The notes under the pieces: generated by a model
The model's database searches: none
What the model saw: only the letters and a program-made list of their open reading frames with translations
What the model was told of the DNA's origin: nothing
Shown: positions 1 to 12,100 of the stretch, one piece after another
Position numbering within the stretch: the first letter of the stretch is position 1
Layout: each line of letters opens with the position of its first letter
Source: Macrostomum lignano
Lineage: Eukaryota
Direction: 5' to 3'
NCBI GenBank assembly: GCA_002269645.1
Contig: NIVC01003631.1
Coordinates: 1 to 64,000 of the forward strand
DNA: 64,000 nt
Translations under genes and position numbers: made by a program

Positions 1-136
1 CAGTCACGCAAAAACAGCAAAAATGATTAATTAGACAATCATCTTATTTTCCTTTGAGTCAGACTGCAGCTCATTGCTCAGTAATTACTCTGCTTGTTAG
101 AGAAACTTTGAAGATAAGAAAATAAGGTCGAATCTG

Positions 137-3100
137 TCACGCAACTTTCTCATCCCGTGTAGACCAAAGCACTCCCTTTGGCTTGCGTCCCAGGCTTGAA
201 AACTCGGTCTGGAATAGCAAGTTATTGGTTGGCGTTCTGTTAAAGTTCAATATTGATTCCATCCAGAGTTTAAAACGAAATTGGTTAATATCACAAATCG
301 CGCACTAGCAGAAGCACACAGTTGTGGCAGAATCTAATTGGCCAGAGTTTCCAAATAATTTATTGAATCAAGACAAAAATTAAAACAAAAAAACACACAG
401 ATTTTCTTGGTGCACTCAAACAGCCACTAATCAACTGGTCTTGGTTTATCGGGTCAACAGGTTTCATTGCCTTTAAAATGTTTGAATTTGTTTGCAAAGT
501 TTGCTTGCCACTGCGCTCTACGAATTTGAACAAAAACAGTTGTCATGGTAACATTATGAGCAATTCTATCAGTGAGCAGTCTGCTTTGCATAAATTACGT
601 CGCATGTTTTACTTGCTACTCTTCAGTAGACTGACCAGTCTTTAAACCCTAAAACCCTAAACATAGTTTAAAGCCTAGTGGTTGGAGCGTCGGACTCCCG
701 ACTTTCAAGGTTGGGGGTTCGATTCCCGATCCCACTGAAACAATTTGTGTCCTTGAGCAAGACATTTAAATCTGCATTGCTTCAGTTTATCCACCTGTAA
801 AATGGGTGGCTGGGGTAATTGAGGCTGTGTGTGATGACCCCCCCCAGTCCTTGAACTGAACAGCCGTACGCAGCCTTCAGATGCGCCGTGCAATAGCTGC
901 GGCTGAGCTGTCGGTTGCACATCTGCCTATTAGGGCAGGTGTAATGATTTATGATTATTATTTTATAATAATTATTATTACCATTATTATTATTATTATT
1001 ATTATTCATTACTATTTATTATTATTATGTCCGTTAGTTGCTGGCCAACTAAATAATAATCTTGATGGTCCTGAAGTTTGTCTACTTGCATAGGATAATG
1101 CAAAGCGTGGCTAATAACACACACAAGCTCACACGCACTTCAACACTCATGTGTGCAAGTAAACTTTAATTGTACAGAATTTTTAAACCATCAACATATT
1201 TATTTAATAGTAAAAGACTATCACGAAACAATCTAACACAAGGTTGGTTGCTGGACCGTGACTAGCAAGTGCACACATGTGCAAGCTTACTAAACGATTG
1301 AAATCTGAGAGAGAACAGTCATAAAGTTCTAATTTATCAACGATCATAAACCGCAAGACGAGAGCTATCAAGGATAAGGTGTTAAGAATAAAATTGGTTA
1401 CCGATTTACTAGGATGCAGAAACCAAGAGCTAAGAGCGTTCGCATGTTGGTGATACTGCTGTCTGTCAGAGCTCCTGCCTGCATGCGGCGTAGTGATTCA
1501 CCAATTAGTGTTAATGTTGTCAGGCATTTAGACTATATTATGATTTGATATTCATAACATGCTTTTTGTTACGAAGTGCAGTTGGCTAATATTAAATATG
1601 CGAAAATTTGATAAATTTAGCAATACTTTATTAGCAATTAAAAATATGCAATTACTTATGCAATTCGCGATTAGAAATTGTTAAAATCGCGACTCAAAAA
1701 CAGAGTAGTTACTGATAAAATATTAATTATGCTTTATAATCATCGGATCAGGGTGAAATCTGTGTCGCCTCCACCCCTCCCCCCTGAGACACCTCAGTGT
1801 GTCGCCTCCACCCCCCCCCTCAGACACCTCAGTGTGTCGCCTCCACCCCTCCCCCTCAGACACCTCAGTGTGTCGCCTCCACCCCTCCCCCCTCAGACAC
1901 CTCAGTGTGTCGCCTCCACCTCCCCCCTCAGACACCTCAGTGTGTCGCCTCCACCCCTCCCCCTCAGACACCTCAGTGTGTCGCCTCCACCCCTCCCCCT
2001 CAGACACCTCAGTGTGTCGCCTCCACCCTCCCCCCTCAGACACCTCAGTGTGTCGCCTCCACCCCTCCCCCCTCAGACACCTCAGTGTGTCGCCTCCACC
2101 CCTCCCCCCTCAGACACCTCAGTGTGTCGCCTCCACCCCTCCCCCTCAGACACCTCAGTGTGTCGCCTCTACCCCTCCCCCTCAGACCCCTCACTGTGTC
2201 GTCTCCACCCCTCCGCCCTCAGACCCCTCACTGTGTCGTCTCCACCCCTCCGCCCTCAGACCCCTCACTGTGTCGTCTCCACCCCTCCGCCCTCAGACCC
2301 CTCACTGTGTCGTCTCCACCCCTCCCCTCAGACCCCTCACTGTGTCGTCTCCAACCCTCCCCTCAGACCCCTCACTGTGTCGTCTCTAACCCTCCCCTCA
2401 GACCCCTCACTGTGTCGTCTCCACCCCTCCCCTCAGACCCCTCACTGTGTCGTCTCCAACCCTCCCCTCAGACCCCTCACTGTGTCGTCTCCAACCCTCC
2501 CCTCAGACCCCTCACTGTGTCGTCTGCACCCCTCCGCCCTCAGACCTCTCGGTGTGTCGCCTGCACCCCTCAGACCCTTCAGTGCGTCACCTCCAGAAAA
2601 CCAGAAAAAGAGATTAAGCATCATGCAGCTAAAAAATCTCCATCACTTTGTTAGAATAAAACTCTCGCTAAAATCTAAAGCTTGTAACACCGGAACTTAC
2701 GTAATCAGGCCTTATATTGCTGTCGAACACCTGATCCTCAAGCTCTGTACTGGACATGGCTAAACAAACAAACAAATTAACGGTATGTAGCATCATTCGG
2801 TTGCTTTATGGCTTTACTAATTAATTATAACTAAGAAAAAATTCTACTACTCTACCACTGCAATAATTTTGTTTAAAAGCTTATTATAACGCAGGAATTG
2901 CTCAAGCTCACCTCTCGACTCGCCATTTAGCGTGGACTCAGAAAATGACGACAATTGATAGGAAATATCTGGCGAGGTCATGAACTCGTCAACTACGCGA
3001 GACAGCGAGGAGCCTGCGGATTAGAGAGAATTATTCGTTAAAATCGCATCTAAGTCAAGTCGCTAGTTAGAGTTAAATTAGCTTGGCGGTAAGAATGATT

Positions 3101-6100
3101 TCCATTTCATAAACCGGTCCTTGGTTCGAATCCTATGCGGAACACAAAATAAAAACTCAAAATTTTAAAATAAACTTAAGTGGAAAATCTGTAATAGAAA
3201 ATAATAGAGAAAATTCTAGAAAATTCCAGTCGCGCTAGTAGAAATTTTATTAAGCATAAATTTGTAATATAAATTCTCCCGCCATGCGCTAAGCCTACTA
3301 CTTGCAGCGACCTTTAAAAAAGCGAACAGGCTGGCAAGAAAGCTGGTGATTTTAGGTAAACTATATCTGCTGCGGTAGTCAGTTTAGCAATAAAAAAGAA
3401 TTTAAATAAACATTGATAACCGGGCCAAAAACGCTGAAAGCATTCTAATAAAACCAAGGAAAACTAAGCCATCGCATGCGGGCATAATGGCAGCCAAAGG
3501 CCAGGCTCCGAGAGGCCAAGTCTTTGTTCAGCTGCTCACGAGACTTGTTGAGAAAATCGTCCAACTCTTCGTCCAAGTAATTGCTGCTTTTGCTGCTTCT
3601 GCTGCTTCTCCTAGAAGCAGTCAGAGTGGCTTTGCTGCCTAACGAACGATTGTTTTGCGTTTATCGTTTTTGACAGAGTTAAGTTTTCATGTACAGAAAA
3701 GGCGATCCGATAATTAGCTAGAACCACAGATGCTATAATAGCTGAATGGGCCACTCAGCACATGTGCGTGTAAGCTACTGCTAGTTCAGTAGTAAAGTTA
3801 AATAGAAGCATTTAAATGTATTTTAGGACAACTTATTAATTGCCCCTCTCACTCCCTCACTGAACCCCTCCAACAGCGTCTTTTCACACCAAACCCCGGC
3901 CCTTACCGCCCAGTTTATTACCTTCCTAGCCTAAAACTGCCTGCCGCCATGTACATTTCAGTGGGCCTGGGCCAATGTACATTACGGCTGCACCAATTAG
4001 CAAGAAGCTGTTTACGGCAGCCAGTCACTCCAACTGCCTTTCTTTTTATAAAACAGCTTACGCATTCTTTCTTACTACTGGATTGAAAGTAGAGAAACTG
4101 TTTCGCCAAGAAAATATCGTCAAGCGACTCATCCAGTTATGAAAGCATCTTTGGCGAGGACACGATAAAATTAGGGATTTTTTGAAACGACGAAATAGTG
4201 CTTCACATACTACTGCTAATACTATTATGGTTTCAGTGAAGTGCGCGCTAAGAAAAAGTAAGCTAGTTCGAAATTCTCACTTCTCAACGAGGCCTCTCCC
4301 GTTGCAACAACCTCTGCTGCCGGGGTCACCTCCACTGTTGGCGGCGGAGGCGCAGGCGGCGGCGCCAGAGTGTCCGCAGGCGACAAAGAGCCGCTGCTGG
4401 ACACCACGCCGGAGCTGCTAGGCGTGAAGCTGCCGATTTGTTTCTCAGTGCCGGCGGCAACCGGCGCCAATTCCTCCTCACCAGTTCGAAGAGCTTCCCG
4501 ATGGACGGGCTCGGCAACAAACAGCAACTCCAGGGTGATGGAGGGCAGAGGCTGGCCAGACGGAGACGCCGGCCAGAGACCGGGCGGCCGCAGCGGTTGC
4601 AGAACTCTGGCCCCGGTTGGCGGCAGCAGCGACAGCGGAAGCGCAGCGGCACCGAGCAACTCCTCGGAGCCGGCACCGTTGGCTGCCAGCTGATGAAGCA
4701 TGCGGATGCTGAGGCTGGTGGACTCGGGACTCAGCGAGCTGCGAGTAGGGAAGGGACAACAAGCGCTGGTTGCTATGGTAGGTGAAAGAGCATCAAATAC
4801 ATTTCTGGCAACTACAGTATCTACAGAATTTTACAGCCACATCAACCTCTACAGCACCTACAGCATCTACAGCACCTACAGCATCTACAGTATCAACAGC
4901 ACCTACAGCATCTATAGCACCTACAGCACCTACAGCACCTACAGCATCTACAGCACCTACAGCACCTACAGCACCTACAGCATCTACAGCATCTACAGCA
5001 CCTACAGCATTTACAGCATCTACAGCATTTACAGCATCTACAGCACCTACAGCACCTGACAGCATCTACAGCACCTACAGCACCTGACAGCATCTACAGC
5101 ATCTACAGCACCTGACAGCATCTACAGCACCTACAGCATTTACAGCATCTACAACATCCATAGCTTATAAATAGCGCTTCCTCAACTCACAAGACGAAGT
5201 GCTGGTCCCAGTAGGGGTTGGTGGAGCCGTACACACCCCCGGTCTCGTGCCGCTGTTGTGGCTTGTCCAGTTCAACTATCGCTCTCGTCAGCAGCTGCGC
5301 AGCAGGTCGATGCGATGGAACACCTCCAAAGCTGCTGACGGCACCATGGAGGCCGCCAGCCTTCACAACTTTGACTAGGAGGCGTCTGCCGTCGCCGCCG
5401 ACGCCGCCATTACCGCTGTTACCAGCCGGTGTCAGAGCCAAAGGTCGAAGCGCTGAGCTAGCGAGCTGTGTGTGTGACGGTGTGAAGAAAATCATGGTAC
5501 CATGTAAGGAAACTAGCTCCCTCAGCAGCCTTTCCCTCAGCTTATGAAAATACCCGAAAGCCCAGTCTGTCCCCCAATGTACGCACACGCTCCAAAACGA
5601 AGTCTATCCCTCAATGTACGCACACGCTCCAAAACGAAGTCTATCCCTCAATGTACGCACACGCTCCAAAACGAAGTCTATCCCTCAATGTACGCACACG
5701 CTCCAAAACGAAGTCTATCTCTCAATGTACGCACACGCTCCAAAACGAAGTCTATCCCTCAATGTACGCACACGCTCCAAAACGAAGTCTATCCCTCAAT
5801 GTACGCACACGCTCCAAAACGAAGTCTATCCCTCAATGTACGCACACGCTCCAAAACGAAGTCTATCCCTCAATGTACGCACACGCTCCAAAACGAAGTC
5901 TATCCCTCAATGTACGCACACGCTTCAAAACGAAGTCTATCCCTCAATGTACGCACACGCTCCAAAACGAAGTCTAATTCTCAATGTACGCAACGCTTCA
6001 AAACGAAGTCTATCCCTCAATGTACGCACACGCTCCAAAACGAAGTCTATCCCTCAATGTACGCACACGCTTCAAAACGAAGTCTATCCCTCAATGTACG

Positions 6101-9100
6101 CACACGCTCCAAAACGAAGTCTATCCCTCAAAGTACGCACACGCTCCAAAACGAAGTCTATCCCTCAATGTACGCACACGCTCCAAAACGAAGTCTATCC
6201 CTCAATGTACGCACACGCTCCAAAACGAAGTCTATCCCTCAATGTACGCACACGCTCCAAAACGAAGTCTATCCCTCAATGTACGCACACGCTCCAAAAC
6301 GAAGTGTATCCCTCAATGTACGCACACGCTCCAAAACGAAGTCTATCCCTCAATGTACGCACACGCACTATAACCACGAAACAGTTCAAACTAAAACTTT
6401 AGTCTATCAGCAAATCATTGAACCCTGTAACTACCTCGAAAATTTTGAGAATCCCAACAAAAGGTTGAGCACAGTACTCTAGTGCACAAATACTACTGAA
6501 AAAGTCTCTAGCGAAGAAGAAACTGGATTTTTGCGTGCAAATTTTTTGTGTTTAACAATCAAGGTACATAACATAACACAACTAATTTGACAACACTGTG
6601 CTTTCAAAAAAGTATAAGACCTCTGATAGCGAAAAGTACACAAGACAGGAGTTTTGCAGTGGAACGAAAATTAAGTCATTAAAAATGTGTCAATCTTAGA
6701 TAATGAAGACGCGATCAAATACACTCGAACAAACTACACCAATCTTGGAACGGGGACGCAAGGAAATGCCATAAGCACAAAATCATGGTTGGAAGTTGCT
6801 AGGGCTAAAGCCTGCAACTGCACAACGGACCTTAGCACTAGCTGCTGGTCCTGTAGCTGACTTCTGGCACCGATTTACGGTGCGATTGAGAGATTTTGGC
6901 TGATCGCGTGGCTGAAAGAAAACAAAAGTCTTACTCTTCTATTCCATATTTTTAAAGCACATTTGTTATTTCAGATTTCAACATAATGAAACCTATTTTA
7001 AGCAGTTACCAGTCTCTATCCTCCTCCCGGCCTCTGATTGGCTACGACATCGCTTACTGTCTAACCCTAGCTACCAGTCTCTCCCCTTCTCCCGGCTCTC
7101 TGATTGGCTACGACCTTACTTACTGTCTAACCCTAGCTACCAGTCTCTCCCCTTCTCCCGGCTCTCTGATTGGCTAAGATCTTACTTACTGTCTAACCCT
7201 AGCTACCAGTCTATCTCCTTCTCCTGGCCTCTGATTGGCTACGACATCGCTTACTGTCTAACCTTAGCTATCAATCTCTCTCCTTCTCCCGGCTCTCTGA
7301 TCGGCTACGACCTTAATTACTGTCTAACCCTAGCTATCAGCTTCTCCTGTGACACTTTTTAGCTAATCACAATCGATGGCCCTCATTGGTGACAACCCAG
7401 GCGAATTTTTTGTGCAGAAGCCCCAAATCATGGTGACCGCGCATGAAATCGAACCCGGATGCTCTGGCGCGAAAGTCGAGACAAGATGATTTGCCCCACC
7501 TTTTGAAAAAAAGAAACCCGAGCTTTAATTTACTGCCTCACCTCGTAGTCGATGGGAGTCACAATCGGGCTGATTGGCTGCTGCTGTTGATGCTGCAGCG
7601 GCGACGGCGGTGGTCGCGCGGCCGAAGAGGTTGACGAGGACACCGATGTCCGCGTAGGCGGCGGCGGCCTCGGCGGGGGCGTTGTCGGCAACGGCGTCGG
7701 AGGCGGACTTGACGTAGCGGCGGCATCAATGCTAGCGTCGCCATCTGCCGACACGGCAGCGGTGGCAGCGGTGGTGGCAGCCGTCTCGCCAGCCGGTGCC
7801 GTGGAAATCTCGGTGACCGCGGCGGCGATCGCGGCCACAACCTGACGGCCAATCCAGTCGTCGGGATTTTCAGCCGCCGCTGCCGCCGCAGGCGCGCCGG
7901 GCAGGAGCCGGACAGAGGCGCAGCCTTCTGGCAGCTCGGCCAGACGCAGGGAGCCGTTGAATCCGCGGCGGCAAAGACGAAGCTCGGCTTGAACCTGGAA
8001 GGGACAGTTTTAAAAAAAACAAGGACTTTTCTAAAACAACTGGACTGGTTGGTAATAAAATGTGCGAATTTTAATGTTAATTTTGCCATAAAAATATTCC
8101 ATAAAGACGGTGACTTCTAAGTATGCGAACATTGATGATAAGTACACAGGCCTCTGTGTTGGAGCATATGCGCACACTGATGATAAGTACACAGGCCTCT
8201 GTGTTGGAGCATATGCGCACACTGATGATAAGTACACAGGCCTCTGTGTTGGAGAATGGAGCATGTGCGCACACTGATGATAAGTACACAGGCCTCTGTG
8301 TTGGAGAATGGAGCATGTGCGCACACTGATGATAAGTACACAGGCCTCTGTGTTGGAGCATGGAGCATGTGCGCACACTGATGATAAGTACACAGGCCTC
8401 TGTGTTGGAGAATGGAGCATGTGCGCACACTGATGATAAGTACACAGGCCTCTGTGTTGGAGCATGTGCGCACACTGATGATAAGTACACAGGCCTCTGT
8501 GTTGGAGAATGGAGCATGTGCGCACACTGATGATAAGTACACAGGCCTCTGTGTTGGAGAATGGAGCATGTGCGCACACTGATGATAAGTACACAGGCCT
8601 CTGTGTTGGAGCATGGAGCATGTGCGCACACTGATGATAAGTACACAGGCCTCTGTGTTGGAGAATGGAGCATGTGCGCACACTGATGATAAGTACACAG
8701 GCCTCTGTGTTGGAGCATGTGCGCACATTGATGATAAGTACACAGGCCTCTGTGTTGGAGAATGGAGCATGTGCGCACACTGATGATAAGTACACAGGCC
8801 TCTGTGTTGGAGCATGTGCGCACATTGATGATAAGTACACAGGCCTCTGTGTTGGAGAATGGAGCATGTGCGCACACTGATGATAAGTACACAGGCCTCT
8901 GTGTTGGAGCATGTGCGCACACTGATGATAAGTACACAGGCCTCTGTGTTGGAGAATGGAGCATGTGCGCACACTGATGATAAGTACACAGGCCTCTGTG
9001 TTGGAGAATGGAGCATGTGCGCACACTGATGATAAGTACACAGGCCTCTGTGTTGGAGCATGGAGCATGTGCGCACACTGATGATAAGTACACAGGCCTC

Positions 9101-12100
9101 TGTGTTGGAGAATGGAGCATGTGCGCACACTGATGATAAGTACACAGGCCTCTGTGTTGGAGCATGTGCGCACATTGATGATAAGTACACAGGCCTCTGT
9201 GTTGGAGAATGGAGCATGTGCGCACACTGATGATAAGTACACAGGCCTCTGTGTTGGAGCATGTGCGCACATTGATGATAAGTACACAGGCCTCTGTGTT
9301 GGAGCATGTGCGCACATTGATGATAAGTACACAGGCCTCTGTGTTTGAGTATTGCTTTATGTTAAAAAAAACAGCACTGTTGACAAAGCGGCTCCGCAAA
9401 ACAGGGTGGGAGCGAGTTCGATTTAGCCTGCTCGAACGAGTCGAACGGATAAGGCTGATCCTCCTGATTAGCGCTATCTCCTCTTCTTCTGACTGCTAAA
9501 TTTATCCAAACCCAACCGTCTCTGCCCCCCCCGCCAGGGTCAGAAAATGTGTAAACAGCATTTATATTTTTAATTCTGCGAGAAAATCTCTCAAATGCGA
9601 AGGCACGGAGAGGGCAGGGACTCACAACAGTTGCTAATTGCCTTTCCCATGCGAGTATTCCCGTAGAAATTTCCCATAGAAACTGCAGCTAATATGGGCG
9701 ACAGCGATTGCTGCTTAATGTCGACGCTCCTAAACAGGACTTCTTAAATGCAACTCTTTGTATTGCATTGTCTACCTCCAAAACCATATACACAATTACT
9801 ATCATTGCAATAGATTGTAGTAAAATGAATGATGCCCTGGTGCTAAAGCCCTGGTGCTAAAGCCCCTGGTGCTAAAGTCCCTGGCGCTAAAGCGACCAAA
9901 AATAAAATTTGTGCCCCTTAGAGACGCCCACCACTTCAATTAAAAAAACCCAGGTTGCGCCCTAAATTTGTGGTAAAGCCCCTAGAGTCTACATGGTAGG
10001 ACCTGTGGGCCGAGAGGACATATTCAAAGAGAAACGTGCCTGCCCAGCTAATCCCGAACGTGTTCGCCTCTCTCGGATGACAGTTGACACCGCCAGCGAT
10101 CGGGTCTGAGCACGCCTTTATAGCGAAGCATTTGTCGGGGGGAGGAAAATCCCTTGGAAAAATCCTCAAAATCTAATCGAATGTCTGACTAGGATCAAAG
10201 ATTGGGAGTTTAAATGAAATTTTTTTATCTTCTTTGCTGAATAAAAAATGAGGAGAGCCTGCATAGGGCCGACTCTGCAACTGGGAGGAAAAAGGGGGGG
10301 AAGGTGAGATTACACGGCCACGCCCATGTCGCTTGAGTCTCGGGTAGCAACTAAACTGCTCGAAAGCTTGGAGGCCTTGCAGGCTGACCTACTAAACTGG
10401 GGATGCTGGCCCAATAAACTTGGGATGCTGACTCACTTAGTTATAGATGCAGACCTACAAAGTGAGTGTGGTATACAAGTTTTGTAGCTCATATACATTG
10501 TAGATTCTTACGCAGCAGTTAACGTCAGTGAGCATCACTTCGCAGTTGCGTCGATTTGGCGAATTCGGCAACAGAATTTTCATTCGAAGCTCTTCGGCTT
10601 GAACTCGCAGGTTGATGGCCTGGCGACGCGGAGTCAAGGGAGTTTTGTTCAATTTTGTTGAGAAAGCATAAAATCTTATAAGTTGATGTTGAAACACACT
10701 AGTACAATAGTTTCTGACAACCACCTCACTCCACTCTTATCTTGATTGGCCAGTAAATTTAGAACTGACGCACACCTCACTCCGCTTTTATTTAGCTTAA
10801 TTGCCCTAAAATTTAAAACTGACGCCCACCTCCCGCCGTCTTTATCTTGATGGGCTAGTAAATTTAGCACTGACAACCCCACCTCACTCCGCCTTAACTA
10901 AGCAAGTGGTAAGGGCTTGGAGTTTAATTTACCAAGTTGTGAGTGTCGTCACAATGCTTCGCGGTAGCATACAAAATCTTTGGCGGCAGACTGCCAACTA
11001 GAAGTTCTTCGAAGACAATTGCCTGCAACAAATTGGCGCGTGTGTAAAAGTTTATCAGTAAAAATAATTTGTAAACAGTTCTCAAAAGAACTATTGAGAC
11101 AGAAGTATTACACTCAAATTGTAGTCATAGTGCAGTCAACATTAGTAATGCTTTTCAAAGTACGAATAGTAATTATTTTCAAAAAAATAGATCAGATGGT
11201 GACCCTAAAAAAGAGTGGTCAGACAACTTAACATGGGGTCAGAAATCTCTTAAAGTGGGTCAGATACACAAAACAACCAGATGGGTCAGATATGAGTCAG
11301 AAAACTGCATTTATCTGTCAGAGCGAACGACAGAGAGCCAGGACATTAAAGCGAGAACCACTGGTGAGCTACTGCATGCACCGTCTGTAAAACTAGCCGC
11401 TGCAGATCGATATGAGAAGAGTCATTGTTCTGTTGTCCTGTTCTTCGGCTCCTCAGTAGTAGTGGTTAGTCAATTCTACGCCTGCTTTGATCAAGGACTA
11501 CTAGATAGTGTATAGCTAATATACAGATTGTATTGCTTTGAGTGCCAGGGTGTCAGCTGTCAGGGATGGGTGTAAGGGACGACACTTGTCAGATGTCAGG
11601 GATGTCAGGGACAGGGTATAAGGGCCGACACTTGTCAGATGTCAGGGATCTCAGGGACAGGGTATAAGGGACGACACTTGTCAGATATCAGGGATGTCAG
11701 GGACAGGGTATAAGGGACGACACTTGTCAGATATCAGGGATGCCAGGGACAGGGTATAAGGGCCGACACTTGTCAGATATCAGGGATGCCAGGGACAGGG
11801 TGTAAGGGACGACACTTGTCAGATATCAGGGATGCCAGGGACAGGGTGTAAAGGACGACACTTGTCAGATATCAGGGATGCCAGGGACAGGGTATAAGGG
11901 ACGACACTTGTCAGATGTCAGGGATGCCAGGGACAGGGTATAAGGGACGACACTTGTCAGATGTCAGGGATGTCAGGGACAGGGTATAAGGGCCGACACT
12001 TGTCAGATGTCAGGGATGCCAGGGACAGGGTGTAAGGGACGACACTTTAAGTGTCAGGGACGTCACTGCGTGTCAGTAACCGCTCAGTTTCATTGTTCTA

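Noticed and set aside
643-662. Telomere-like AAACCCTAAAACCCTAAA (also CTAACCCTAG in 7008-7340)
   Set aside because: Only one or two imperfect units; too short for an interstitial telomeric array.
3445-3638. Reading exon 3638 through to a stop at 3445 as the last C2CD2 exon
   Set aside because: An internal phase-1 GTGAGC donor at 3539 joins in frame to a well-defined exon at 3013-2912.
9362-9625. ORF with FDSFEQAKSNSLPP as a candidate SMP exon
   Set aside because: Exons 11022-10933 (FEELLVGSLPPK) and 10619-10512 have better splice sites and bridge the gene in phase; this segment has no convincing donor.
11210-11300. Five GGTCAGA/GAGTCAGA motifs resembling transposon subterminal repeats or nuclear-receptor half-sites
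   Set aside because: No matching inverted end or TSD was found, and spacing is irregular.
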